This document shows, one piece after another, positions 29,540-40,161 of a stretch of DNA of 64,000 nucleotides (position 1 is its first letter; each line of letters opens with the position of its first letter). The position numbers and the translations under genes are program-made. Under the pieces are notes generated by a model that made no database searches, was not told the DNA's origin, and was given only the letters and a program-made list of their open reading frames with translations. The stretch lies in the IMG/VR virus record IMGVR_UViG_3300030503_000315, positions 124,001 through 188,000 of that record. One strand, 5' to 3'.

Positions 29540-30817
29540 TTGAAAATGTTTAGTCGGACTATTGTTGATGCACGACCACAATCGCAGTCTAAGACCTCGG
29601 CAGACCGGCAGAGGTTTGTTCGTCGGGCTAAATCTCAGATTCGTGAAGCAGTTAAGAAGGCAATCTCTACTGGCGATATCAAGTCATTGGAGAAGGGTCG
29701 CATTCGTGTTCCAGTCAAGGACATGAATGAACCCACGTTTGAGAACGACAGGGAATCCGGGTCCCGTGATCGCGTCTACACCGGGAACAAAGAATGGATT
29801 CCAGGTGACACGATTGCACGTCCTGAGGAAGGTGGAGGTAATGGTACTCAAGGATCGGATGATCCAAGCATTGGCAATGATGACTTCGCCTTCATTCTGA
29901 CTCCAGAGGAATTCTACGATATCTTGTTCGAGGATTTGGGTCTTCCTGATCTAATGAAGAAGACGATGAAGGATATCACGAAGGTCACTCGCAAACGCGC
30001 GGGCTTCGTTATCACGGGTAATCCTTCGCAGCTGGATATTCGCCAGACTTACAAGTTCGCATTCGCACGTCACAAGGCATTGGGTCGTCCTTCGAATGTA
30101 GACATCGAAGAAGCTGAAGAGGATCTCAAGGAAGCACAGGAGTGTGGAACACAATTCGATGCAGAACTAGTTGAAGATGCATTGAAGGAAATGAAAATCG
30201 CACAGAAACGTATCCCGCTCATTGATACAATTGATCTGCGATATCGCAACTATCCACCGCGTCCTGAGCCGATCACCAAGGCAGTGATGATTTGCTGTAT
30301 GGATGTTTCTGGGTCGATGGATGAGGATCGAAAGGATCTGGCAAAACGATTCTATCTCTTGCTATATGTCTGGTTGATGAAGCAGTACAATCAAAGGGTT
30401 GATATCGTGTTCATCCGTCATCACACGCGTGCGGAAGAAGTAGACGAACAAAAATTCTTCTACGATCAAGAATCAGGTGGTACAGTCGTAAGTCCAATCT
30501 TTGAACTCGCAGCTAAGATCATCAAAGATCGTTACAATCCTTCTGATTGGAACATCTACATGTGTCATGCATCTGACGGTGACAACTGGACAGATGACAA
30601 CAAGAAGGTTGTCGAGGCATTGGATGGTATGGCGTCTACCTTGCAATACTTTGCATATCTTCAGGTTACGGAAGAAGACGAGGACGAAGGAGATACGTTG
30701 TGGAACGCCTATCAAAAGGTGAGTGAACGACACAACCATATTCGTATGGTGTCCGCGGATGAACCTTCGGAAATCTGGCCGGTGTTTAAAGAGTTGTTCA
30801 CCAAGGATATGGCGTAA
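29540..30817 (+). CDS. yeaH: YeaH/YhbH (DUF444) vWA-like protein
   Basis: RQRFVRR, MDVSGSM, FIRHHT, ESGGT.VS, SDGDNW. Confidence 0.93.
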   Translation: MKMFSRTIVDARPQSQSKTSADRQRFVRRAKSQIREAVKKAISTGDIKSLEKGRIRVPVKDMNEPTFENDRESGSRDRVYTGNKEWIPGDTIARPEEGGGNGTQGSDDPSIGNDDFAFILTPEEFYDILFEDLGLPDLMKKTMKDITKVTRKRAGFVITGNPSQLDIRQTYKFAFARHKALGRPSNVDIEEAEEDLKEAQECGTQFDAELVEDALKEMKIAQKRIPLIDTIDLRYRNYPPRPEPITKAVMICCMDVSGSMDEDRKDLAKRFYLLLYVWLMKQYNQRVDIVFIRHHTRAEEVDEQKFFYDQESGGTVVSPIFELAAKIIKDRYNPSDWNIYMCHASDGDNWTDDNKKVVEALDGMASTLQYFAYLQVTEEDEDEGDTLWNAYQKVSERHNHIRMVSADEPSEIWPVFKELFTKDMA

Positions 30818-30823
30818 GGAGAA

Positions 30824-32347
30824 TTGGAAATGAAATCCGCTATCAAGACAATCAAGCCCGATTACCTGTTCACCACTTCTGAGTGGACATTCGAGATGCT
30901 TGAGAACACCCTTCGTCTTTGTGAAGACATTGGCAAGGAAGAGCTCGGCCTCAAGCTCATGCGTAATCAGGTTGAGATCATCACCAGCGATCAAATGCTT
31001 GAAGCCTACACTTCGGTAGGAATGCCGATTCACTATCATCACTGGTCGAACGGCAAGTCGTATCTTCAGCAAAAGCAAGCGTACAAGGGCGGTAACATGG
31101 GTCTGGCTTATGAGATCGTTATCAATAGCGATCCATGCATCGCCTACTGCATGGAAGAGAACAGCTCTGCTATGCAAACTCTCGTATTGGCCCATGCTTC
31201 GGTTGGACACAACTCAGTTTTCAACATGAATTATCTGTTCAAGCACTGGACGGATGCAACGGCTATTGTCGATTACCTGATCTTTGCGCGCAACTACATT
31301 CGTCAGTGTGAAGAGCGTTATGGTCTGGATGAAGTCGAAGAGATTCTCGACTCAGCTCATGCACTTCGCTACATGTCGTTCGATCGCCGCAAACGTCAGT
31401 CGACTTTGACGGAAGACCAGGAACAAAAGCGTCGCATGGATTTGTTGGAAGCGCTGGAGCGTGAGCGTTCACAGTATGATGATCTCATCCCAGTGGATGA
31501 ACGGGAGGATGAAGCTAAGGACAAGGATCGTGGTGATCTCAAAGAGCCGGAAGAGAACCTCCTGTATTTCCTTGAGAAGAACTCTCCTAATCTGAAGGCG
31601 TGGCAGCGTGAAATCCTTCGGATTGTACGGACAATCCAGCAGTACTTCTACCCGCAGATGCAGACGCAGGTGGTGAATGAAGGATGGGCGACATTCACTC
31701 ACTACTACATTCTCAATCGTCTGTATGAGATGGGAAAGATTACGGAAGGTGCGTTGCTTGAATGCATGACTTCGCATTCGCAGGTCCTTTTTCAACAGCC
31801 AATGAGTCCCAACCTGAATCCGTATGCACTTGGATTTTCTATCTACAAGGATATCAAACGGATGTGCGAGGAACCCACAGATGAAGATCGTGAGTGGTTC
31901 CCTAATCTGGTTGGTAAAGATTGGAAGGAAGAATGCCTGTTCGCCATGATGAACTTCAAGGACGAGTCGTTCATTCTTCAGTACCTTAGCCCAAAGGTTA
32001 TGCGTGACTTCCGCATGTTTGCCTTGACGGATGATGCAGACGAGGATCACTATCTGGTGAATAAGATTCACAACGATCCTGGGTATAAAGAGATTCGTTC
32101 GATGTTGAGTCAGCAGTATCGTATGGAAAACCGCATGCCGAACATGATGGTTGTCCGTGCAGACATGAAAGGCAATCGTCTTCTAACCGTACAGAACAAG
32201 ACGCAGAATAAGATTCTTCTTAAAGACGATCCCGCGAAAGATTCTGTGCAACATCTGGCGTATCTGTGGGGATACGACGTTAGAGTGGAAACCGTGGATG
32301 AGAGTGGTAAGGTCCTGCAATACTACACAGCTGAGGTGGAGAACTAA
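30824..32347 (+). CDS. ycgB: SpoVR/YcgB family protein
   Basis: GMPIHYHHWS.GK, LAYEIVINSDPCIAY, TQVVNEGWATF.HY, NPYALGF. Confidence 0.93.
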   Translation: MEMKSAIKTIKPDYLFTTSEWTFEMLENTLRLCEDIGKEELGLKLMRNQVEIITSDQMLEAYTSVGMPIHYHHWSNGKSYLQQKQAYKGGNMGLAYEIVINSDPCIAYCMEENSSAMQTLVLAHASVGHNSVFNMNYLFKHWTDATAIVDYLIFARNYIRQCEERYGLDEVEEILDSAHALRYMSFDRRKRQSTLTEDQEQKRRMDLLEALERERSQYDDLIPVDEREDEAKDKDRGDLKEPEENLLYFLEKNSPNLKAWQREILRIVRTIQQYFYPQMQTQVVNEGWATFTHYYILNRLYEMGKITEGALLECMTSHSQVLFQQPMSPNLNPYALGFSIYKDIKRMCEEPTDEDREWFPNLVGKDWKEECLFAMMNFKDESFILQYLSPKVMRDFRMFALTDDADEDHYLVNKIHNDPGYKEIRSMLSQQYRMENRMPNMMVVRADMKGNRLLTVQNKTQNKILLKDDPAKDSVQHLAYLWGYDVRVETVDESGKVLQYYTAEVEN

Positions 32348-32555
32348 ATGGGACAAGAATGCAATGATATCCGATGGTCCTTGGATGATATAAAAAGAAC
32401 TGTAGTGAGAATTGAAGAGAGACAAAGAGGACGAAGAGAACAGATGATGGTTAACCTACTAAAGCAGGCTGTGGATAGTAAGGTGGTGCAGGCTGCCCTA
32501 GGTGACACTTGGGTTACTCTAGTCTGCGATTTGCTTAATACCTATTAGGAGTAGA

Positions 32556-33107
32556 GTGATGGATGACGATTCAGGTGAAAGGAAAATAGTCTGGGGTGCG
32601 CTTCCACTAGACGAATTCGTAATTGGTATGACCGCGGAAGAACTTGCTATCAGGAACAAGCCGAGTGCGAAGGGTCTTGCTGGTGAGGAAGCTGTGAGGA
32701 TTGCCTGGCTAACCAGGGAATCTCGGTCTCAGCATGAATGGGTTGAACTGCAGAGTCCGGATTTCACAGGCAGAGTAACCTTTGATCTACACTCGCACCT
32801 GAATCGTCAGTATGAATTCTCTCAACGAATCTTTGGTCCTGGCACAAAGACGGCGAGTGTTCTCGATCATATCAGGAAAGAATTGGTAGAGATCGAAAAG
32901 GATCCTCTTGATCTTGAAGAGTGGGTAGACGTAATTATTCTTGCATTGGATGGGGCAATGCGTACTGGTCGGACTTCACTCGAAGTCATCGAAGCATTGA
33001 TTGCTAAGCAGACCAAGAACGAGAAGCGCAAGTGGCCTGACTGGAGAACGATTGATCCCGATAAGGCAATCGAGCATGACCGTAGTAAGGACGAGGAGGC
33101 TCAGTAA
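32556..33107 (+). CDS. DUF550 dATP/dGTP pyrophosphohydrolase domain protein
   Basis: FS.RIFGPG....VLDHIRKEL.EI...P.DLEEW.D.IILA.DG..R...K..KNE.R.WPDWR. Confidence 0.85.
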   Translation: MMDDDSGERKIVWGALPLDEFVIGMTAEELAIRNKPSAKGLAGEEAVRIAWLTRESRSQHEWVELQSPDFTGRVTFDLHSHLNRQYEFSQRIFGPGTKTASVLDHIRKELVEIEKDPLDLEEWVDVIILALDGAMRTGRTSLEVIEALIAKQTKNEKRKWPDWRTIDPDKAIEHDRSKDEEAQ

Positions 33108-33258
33108 TGGATTTCGATGCGATAATTAAGGATGCCAAGGAGCACATTCGTTCTTTGAAGAAAGTGTCACCTCAAATCTATCCTGAGTATTCGAGATTAC
33201 GTACTGCACAGATTGACTTCGCCAAAGCAAGGTTGGAGTTGCAGGAAGCGGAGGAGGC

Positions 33259-33663
33259 GTGGGAAAAGTTAGGAAATTGAAAGAGAAACGTTTGGCACTA
33301 CGCCTCCTCGTTACTGGAGGTCGCGACTATAACGACGAAGAATTCGTTGCGCTAGTGCTTAAGCGTTACAACCGCAAAGCCAAATCCATTGGAAGAGTTC
33401 TTGTAGTCATAAATGGTGGTGCCCGCGGTTTGGATACCTTGGCCAAGAATTGGTGTTTAAAGCATGGAGTTCCTTGTATCACTATGGATGCTTCGTGGGA
33501 TTACTACAGAAATTCTGCTGGACCAATTCGCAATGGTTGGATGTTAGAATTCTGTGCTCCAACACACTGCTACGTGTTCCCGGGTGGGACGGGAACAAAT
33601 GACATGATGAAACAGGCTAAGGCAGACAATCTTATCATGGCAAGTCATGAAGACGAGGAATAA
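33259..33663 (+). CDS. DUF2493/YspA SLOG-family protein
   Basis: LVTGGRDY, GGARGLD, AGPIRN..M, FPGGTGT.DM. Confidence 0.85.
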   Translation: MGKVRKLKEKRLALRLLVTGGRDYNDEEFVALVLKRYNRKAKSIGRVLVVINGGARGLDTLAKNWCLKHGVPCITMDASWDYYRNSAGPIRNGWMLEFCAPTHCYVFPGGTGTNDMMKQAKADNLIMASHEDEE

Positions 33664-33664
33664 G

Positions 33665-35552
33665 ATGAGTATCGGCGTAGTACAGGAACCAGATGGGAAA
33701 TACACCGTCTACATGGATGAATGTGACTACCTGCTTGGGGTAAATGCCCACAAAAAGGTGACACTAAAAGATTTGATCGATCTCGAGGGTAAGATTCATT
33801 ACCTGGTTTTGAAGCACGAGATGGGTGATAAGTTTGATACGCCGAAAGAACATGTTCCCAGAACTGATTGACATCCATTGGTGTATCAGTCCCACCACCG
33901 GTTTAGGAAAGGTCAGAAATACCACCAGTACCTTTGCTCGATGCATATACCAGGTGATCCTCGTTGCTATGATTCCTGAAGACACGTATGAAGAAGTAAA
34001 AGCAAGGTTGGAGAATCCTCCTGTGAGATTTGGAGAAAGCAATGACTAATAGTCAGGGATTTGCACTCATTTGTTACCTCTTCCTTGTGGCTTCAATCTT
34101 AAGCTCTGGCATTGCCTTAGCCACAATAGTTAGGAACAAAGAGAAGGGGGCCATCCCAGCATCCATTGCAGTACTTTCCTATGGAACCTTCTTCCTATCC
34201 ATAGCAGTAATGTTTATGTTTCTGAAGTTAGCTAAACTTCTTGGGTAAGATTTGGAGATTCAAAATGAACAATCATAACATTGGCGTATTCTTCATCCCG
34301 AACTTCGGAGCCGTTGGTCCTCCTCGGCGAGTTCGGTTGGAGAATCATCATGCGTCAATCGTCAAGGGCGGAGCGTCGCCATCATGTTCAACGCCTTAAA
34401 CATAAACGACGTACTTATTGGGGCTATCCTAATAATTATCACGTTTCATCTTTGGATCATCCTCCTATTTCTCCCGTTGAGATGGATGCACGTCAACTGG
34501 GTCAGGTCGTTTCTACGCCTCAGCTATGTTCATGTCTTGGTTGCGGTAATCCGCGCCATAATACTGCTGGGTGGACGCCAACTATTAAAGAGCTTCGGTG
34601 GCTCCAACAATATCGAGAACAGGTCGAAGAGACCGAGGAAGATTTAAAGGAAAAAGATGAGTGAGACGGATATCGTGAAAAAGAAAACAATAAGAGGGTA
34701 TGAAGAATTTCAGAACCGTATCATGACTCTTCGCAAGGTTACGTTGATCCTTGGAGATCTTGAAGGGCATGTGGCGAAATTCTTCATCAATGATACGTGG
34801 AAGACTGCGTTCCCTAGAGAGCAATATAAACTCTGCTCAATGGTAGTTGTGGCTGATCCTTATAAGGTCGATGTAGGTGTTCTCCTTCCTCTTGAAGAAG
34901 CTACTGCCTTATATGGTATCTATGAGGGATCTGGCCCATTCGTATCACAGGTCAATTATGTCTCTGCAAAGAATGGCTTCAAGCTTAAAGAGAGTGGTCA
35001 AACAACTGGTTTGCAGGAATTCATCAAAGGTAACTAACGTGATCCTCTTCGGTTCAGGACATTGCCGTAGTCCTTCTATAGTATCTCAGTGTCCGATGGT
35101 CTTCTGCAATTGTGATTGTCATCGAGATGGTTCGGGTATGAAGCATTTCATGCAATGTTGTAGCATTGGTACCTGTCCTGTTTGCAACGAAGTGATGGAT
35201 AAGGTCAAGTATATTTTTCCGGTCAACAAGGACGAGAATAATGAGCCTGTGGAAAAGTGATGAAGAGGAACTTGAGTTCGAACGACCCGAACCTTATGGG
35301 TGGTTCACCATCGTGTTCCCAAAGATAGATGACAGGAATACCAACATAGATGTATGGTTCAACACAGCAACAAGTTGGATCAATGGTGAGTGCATGCGTC
35401 AAACTTTCTCGTGCTTCACTCCTTCTGTTAAAAAGAAAAAGGGAATGCCCTTAGCAATCTCTCCCGTGTTCTTCTTCAAAGAATTGATGGACGCCAAGAG
35501 GTTTGAGTGGCGCTTCAGCGGTGAGATTGTCAACAATATAGTTGAACAGTAA
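33665..35552 (+). other. Cluster of small hypothetical genes
   Basis: Abutting ORFs including ~34350-34664 (Arg-rich with CSCxxCGNPR), 34657-35037 and 35241-35552. Confidence 0.6.
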
Positions 35553-35583
35553 ATAAAGTGACACGTATAAGAGTGAGAGACAG

Positions 35584-36015
35584 ATGAGCAATATCAAAAT
35601 CAGACCCCTGCAAGACGACGACAAGCAAGTTTGGACCATGATGCTTCTCGACTACTACCCTCCCCTCAAGGACAAATTGCAGGTGAGTTGGTGGAACGCG
35701 ATGCAAGGCGACGTGCAGTGGAACCTTGCCGAGCTAGATAATACGGTAGTCGGTTTCTCCGCAGTAGTCTTGCACTACACCGCGTTCTCGAGCGGAGAAA
35801 TAGCTTATCTGTCTGACCTCTATACGCATCCAAAATATCGAAGGATGGGAGTTGCGCGCGCCCTGCTTGAAGATGTGATTGCCACGTGCCGCACCCTAAA
35901 GTTGGAACGTGTTTATTGGAACACCGAGCATGACAATCCAGCGCGAAAATTATACGACCAGTACGCTCGAGCAGACTTCACCAGGTATCATCTTGACCTT
36001 TTCGGACCAACATGA
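35584..36015 (+). CDS. GNAT acetyltransferase
   Basis: YLSDLYTHPKYRRMGVARALL motif A; N.PARKLYD. Confidence 0.9.
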   Translation: MSNIKIRPLQDDDKQVWTMMLLDYYPPLKDKLQVSWWNAMQGDVQWNLAELDNTVVGFSAVVLHYTAFSSGEIAYLSDLYTHPKYRRMGVARALLEDVIATCRTLKLERVYWNTEHDNPARKLYDQYARADFTRYHLDLFGPT

Positions 36016-36793
36016 AGCTAGACATCGTTGATGCGTTGAACAGGATAGAGCAGTACAGACAGTTGAATCGCCCGGAACTAGAGGATCTTGAGTTTTACCA
36101 TGATGGGGCGAAGATTGAAATTCCGCCAAACCAATTGCGGGAATTTATATTCCTCGGTTTGAACAACACGGATTTTATCCGATGGTATTTTGGCAAGGAA
36201 GAGTTCTTTACTTCTCTTATGATCTACAAGAAAGGTGAAGATCAACCGGGTGATGAATCTATTGATAGCTGGATGGAGAAGAAGCATGGCGGAAAGAATG
36301 GAGATGGTGGTGAAGATGCAAGTCACAGAAGCACAGGGGCTAGCACTTCAAGCAATGTTCAAGACGTGGAATAGCTTAGCTTCGATGGGATGTTCCCGAA
36401 TGGTAGCGTTCTATGTTGATGGTGATGGAAATTTCAAACCGAAGTGTGAGGTGTCGTTTTCAGAACCGGTGCAGGATCTTACACCTGAATTAGAGAAGGC
36501 CGCCATGGTTATGAGTGAGAACGATAACCCAAGGCGTGATATTCAATTTGACTTTGATCCTATTGCGTGGAATATAAACAAGGGAAAGTAATGTGGATCC
36601 TCATTGTGACAATGATGTTCGATACCTCCGGTCCTCGTCCAGACGTGAGGTTTCAGGAATTCAGTACAGAGCAGTCTTGTAAGGACGCAGCGAATTGGAT
36701 TGCTACGGATATGAAGTACGAGATTTCGAATTCTAGTTACGCCAGTAGCAGCAATGTGCAATTTCACGTTCAGTGCAAAAAGAAATAGAAGAC

Positions 36794-36869
36794 GGTGAGA
36801 TAGCTCAGTTGGTAGAGCACCGTGTTGATAACGCGGTGGTCGCAGGTTCGAGCCCTGCTCTCACTACCA
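36794..36869 (+). tRNA. tRNA-Ile(GAT)
   Basis: Full cloverleaf, anticodon loop TT GAT AA, encoded CCA. Confidence 0.95.
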
Positions 36870-36884
36870 GTTTTATGTTTTATA

Positions 36885-36961
36885 GGGACCGTAGCTCAGT
36901 GTGATAGAGTAGTGGCCTACGAAGCCATTGGTCGGGGGTTCGAATCCCTCCGGTCCCACCA
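36885..36961 (+). tRNA. tRNA-Arg(ACG)
   Basis: Full cloverleaf, loop CT ACG AA, encoded CCA. Confidence 0.95.
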
Positions 36962-37083
36962 AATGTGCAGTTTCCGGATTCTGCCAAGTGTTGATAAAGA
37001 ACACATAAACAACACCGGTTTGATTTAAGGAGATAAGATGAAAAAGATGAGCATGTATGTAACCTCCCGATCGGATAAGATCA

Positions 37084-37548
37084 ATGGAGGTTCGAATGTC
37101 CAGAACAAAACGTTGCAAAAACTATGTCGTGGAAAACAATACGACCTGGGATCGACGGGGTAAGAAGGTAGCTTTGGAGTATACGGAAGACGATACACCG
37201 TACGAAGAAACAGGGCGCATGGTCCAGACTACCTTTTACGAAATGGTGATGAGAGGTGGAGTCACCGATTGGGTTCCCAAGGTTGGACCGAAAAGGCCGG
37301 AACGTGTTGCCCGGACGATCGAGTATCGTCCAATGGATAAGGGTGAACGTTGGTGGAAGGATCGCATGATGCATGGCGAATCTTCAACTGCTAACTCTCG
37401 TTCTCCTAGTCATTGGCATCGTCTCAACCGTCAGAAGCAAAACCGTTCGATCAACAAGCAAGAGATGTTGAAGTGGCTTAAAGCGAACGGTGAGTACGAA
37501 CCCATGTTCGAAGATAATCCCCGTGATTGTTGGTGGGATTGGTCCTGA
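37084..37548 (+). CDS. Basic hypothetical protein
   Basis: MSRT... start, Arg/Trp-rich C-terminus. Confidence 0.7.
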   Translation: MEVRMSRTKRCKNYVVENNTTWDRRGKKVALEYTEDDTPYEETGRMVQTTFYEMVMRGGVTDWVPKVGPKRPERVARTIEYRPMDKGERWWKDRMMHGESSTANSRSPSHWHRLNRQKQNRSINKQEMLKWLKANGEYEPMFEDNPRDCWWDWS

Positions 37549-37602
37549 AAATAAGGAGGCTATCATGAGTACAATCTAATCTCTAAAGAAAGGAGATGTA
37601 CT

Positions 37603-37914
37603 ATGAAAGCAAAAGCGTTTCACCACAAGGTAATAAGCTATGGTCCGGGCGGGTACAAGTGCCCGTGCTGCGGACCACACCCAAAGAAGCGTCAGGAAGA
37701 AAGACGCTTCTTGCGTCGTGCCTTCAATCGTGTCCTGGACGACATTGAGAAGGACGACGAAAGCAATATTGATTGGTATATGTTCCCGGAGTTCGATCAA
37801 CATAACTTGTGGATCGAGGCAGAAGAGAACTATTACCAATGGCTCTTGAAAGAAGGCCTTCTCGAAGACGTGTGGTGGTACAAAGAATGGTTGAAGCAGC
37901 AAGAAGAGAAGTGA
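37603..37914 (+). CDS. Small basic protein with GPGGxxCPCC motif
   Basis: AGGAG SD; YGPGGYKCPCCGP followed by Arg-rich helix. Confidence 0.75.
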   Translation: MKAKAFHHKVISYGPGGYKCPCCGPHPKKRQEERRFLRRAFNRVLDDIEKDDESNIDWYMFPEFDQHNLWIEAEENYYQWLLKEGLLEDVWWYKEWLKQQEEK

Positions 37915-37918
37915 ACGC

Positions 37919-38170
37919 CTTCCCTCCATCAATCTGTGTGGAAATCTCGGCCAGAGCGGGTTGGTGTCAGGGAAACTCCAAAGTTGACGAGCGTTAAGGA
38001 AGGACGCGCCTGATTCCTCGGTCAGGCAAGTAGCGCTGAGAGGTCCACTCGCGCTAAATCGTCAACAGCTCAACGCTGGGTGGTTACAGCCCTCCCTCTG
38101 TTGGCCCAGTGTACAGCCTGCGCTATCTACCCCCCATCAAGATTAGGTAGCGTGGGCTGTACATTTCTTT
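37919..38170 (+). ncRNA. Candidate structured ncRNA ending in terminator hairpin
   Basis: At least six helices, including a four-way junction closed by GTTGACGA/TCGTCAAC and a long terminal hairpin 38110-38163 plus T tract. Confidence 0.6.
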
Positions 38171-38223
38171 TCCATAAGAAACAGTAAATATGTGTTGTTG
38201 TTCAACTTCATAAAGGACGTAGA

Positions 38224-38595
38224 ATGAATGCCAAGCAGGTGAAGAAGATTCGCAAAGACCTCTTCAAGGAAGGTATCGACATTGCGAGTATTGTGTACTG
38301 CCAAATCGGCGGTAAGGTTTCGCAAGGTCGCATGATGTACCAGAAGGCAAAGAAAGATGCCAAGGCCTCGCCGACTATACTATCGCCGTATGCTCCTTCT
38401 CACGGTGTTGGTGTTCCTTCGGAAGGTAAGGCCTCGAAGTTCAAGGGTTTCACGAAGAAGGGTGAGAAGTGGCGCGATAACTACGGCGACACTCACCTAA
38501 TGTACGAGGAACGTCCTTACCGCCGCCTTGTCCGCGAACTCGAAGAATCGCAACGTGTAGCTAATAAGGCATTCTTGCCTAAGCAAGGAGACTAA
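38224..38595 (+). CDS. Basic hypothetical protein
   Basis: 123 aa, downstream of AGTAAATA motif. Confidence 0.7.
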   Translation: MNAKQVKKIRKDLFKEGIDIASIVYCQIGGKVSQGRMMYQKAKKDAKASPTILSPYAPSHGVGVPSEGKASKFKGFTKKGEKWRDNYGDTHLMYEERPYRRLVRELEESQRVANKAFLPKQGD

Positions 38596-38596
38596 G

Positions 38597-38965
38597 ATGC
38601 CCATTATCGCACTGTATGACAACGTAATTATTCGTCGGATAGAATCCCCGAACACGACTGCGTCTGGTCTTATCATTTCTTCTACGTCATCCCCGGATCA
38701 ATGGACAGGTGAAGTAGTTGCAACTGGTGAAGGAAAGATCCTTCAGGACGGATGTTTGTTCCCTCTAACCGTCAAAGAAGGTGATAAGGTTATCATCAGC
38801 ACTAAGTCAGAGTACCGTGCTCCTATATCGGTCGACGGTGAAGAACTTTACGCGTTCAAGGAACATGAACTAGTTGGTATCATCTATCCATATGGAACGG
38901 AATTGAATAATAGTTTCGGGATCGATGAAGAACTGGAAGACGAAGGGGAAGAGGAGGAAGAATGA
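38597..38965 (+). CDS. groES: GroES/Cpn10 co-chaperonin
   Basis: LYDNVIIRR...TASGLII...GEVVATGEG...PLTVKEGDKV. Confidence 0.85.
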   Translation: MPIIALYDNVIIRRIESPNTTASGLIISSTSSPDQWTGEVVATGEGKILQDGCLFPLTVKEGDKVIISTKSEYRAPISVDGEELYAFKEHELVGIIYPYGTELNNSFGIDEELEDEGEEEEE

Positions 38966-39187
38966 CTACTACACAGGTAGTTTGTGATCTGCTAGAAATT
39001 CGTCGATCGCTGTTTATGTGGAAGATGAACCTGGCAGCTGTGGATCGTTTGCTTCGTCACGTCGACTACGATACGACTACACTAGAGCAATACGACTTCA
39101 GCAAAGTCAACTACGAAGGCCAATCTGCGGGTTATCAGCGGGTAATCAAAGTTGACTTACTTGCTTTGTTGACCAAGTAAGTAGTAA

Positions 39188-39263
39188 GGGCCGTTAGCTC
39201 ATTGGTTAAGAGCCGGGTACTCATAATACTCAGGTGAAGGTTCGATTCCTTCACGGCCCACCA
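39188..39263 (+). tRNA. tRNA with CAT anticodon, probably Ile2 (lysidine type)
   Basis: Cloverleaf, loop CT CAT AA; C4:G69 and C5:G68; G1:C72 excludes initiator. Confidence 0.85.
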
Positions 39264-40051
39264 ACGAAGGATTGCTATGCCTTGGATACAAGAACCCTAC
39301 GCTCCTCCTGCAACACAGAAAGTCATATTCAACACCTACGATATAGATCAAGCGAACGTTTGGATGAGAATAATCCAGATGCATATCTGTGATGAGAAGT
39401 TAAGGAATAAGCCAGGAACTTTCGAGTTCGGACATATAACGTTGCACGACGTCATCCTTGTCTCATGCTGTACGGATCAGGAACCTTCTTATTTGGTTTC
39501 CAGATCTCCCAAGACAGAGATTGAACTCGCGTTCATCCACTTCCCGGAAGAAAAGAAGGTTGAGAAGACAAACTTGCTGAGGTTGATCCATGAACCACGA
39601 TAGACATCCTGTTCTTGTTTGGATCGGTGCCTACGCGGTTTGCGTGGTCTTTGCCATAGTAATGATATTCATTCTTGCGGTCATCCGTGGAGATTTTCCT
39701 TTTAAGGATAGGAGGCAGATGAGTATTCTTGCAGGATTTGTATTCACGCCGGGTTTGAATGTTCTGTACGGTATAGCTTGCATCCCATATATGTTCCTGG
39801 CCTTTGACAAGAAGATCAAATCATGATCCCGGTAGAAATTCGATGGAACCATCGAAGGAATATAAACGGTTTGATCTGGGATGGGGAAATTCATACTCTA
39901 CCACTTATCGACCATTTCATCTCAATTGAAGATGATGGTATAACTAAGAGGTATATAGTAGTTGATGTTGAGCATCAGTTGAAGCATGTAGCATTGCACG
40001 AAGAACAGAACGTTTACATTTTTGTCAAATCTCATCCTTAGTAAAACCAAT

Positions 40052-40139
40052 GCCCGGGTGGCGAAAACTGGTAGACGCATCTGGCTTAAGATCAGACGGA
40101 TGAATATCCATGAGGGTTCAAGTCCCTCCTCGGGCACCA
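40052..40139 (+). tRNA. tRNA-Leu(TAA)
   Basis: Cloverleaf with long variable arm, loop CT TAA GA, CCA. Confidence 0.95.
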
Positions 40140-40161
40140 CCTTACCTAACAGGAATTTCAA

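Noticed and set aside
27907-32071. Long antisense ORFs (27907-28695, 30473-31210, 31469-32071)
   Set aside because: Shadow frames of the strongly conserved prkA/yeaH/spoVR genes
36822-37118. ORFs 36822-37028 and 36873-37118 (also 39199-39384, 39922-40371, 42463-42651)
   Set aside because: They overlap tRNA genes or structured RNA and lack credible SD or protein features
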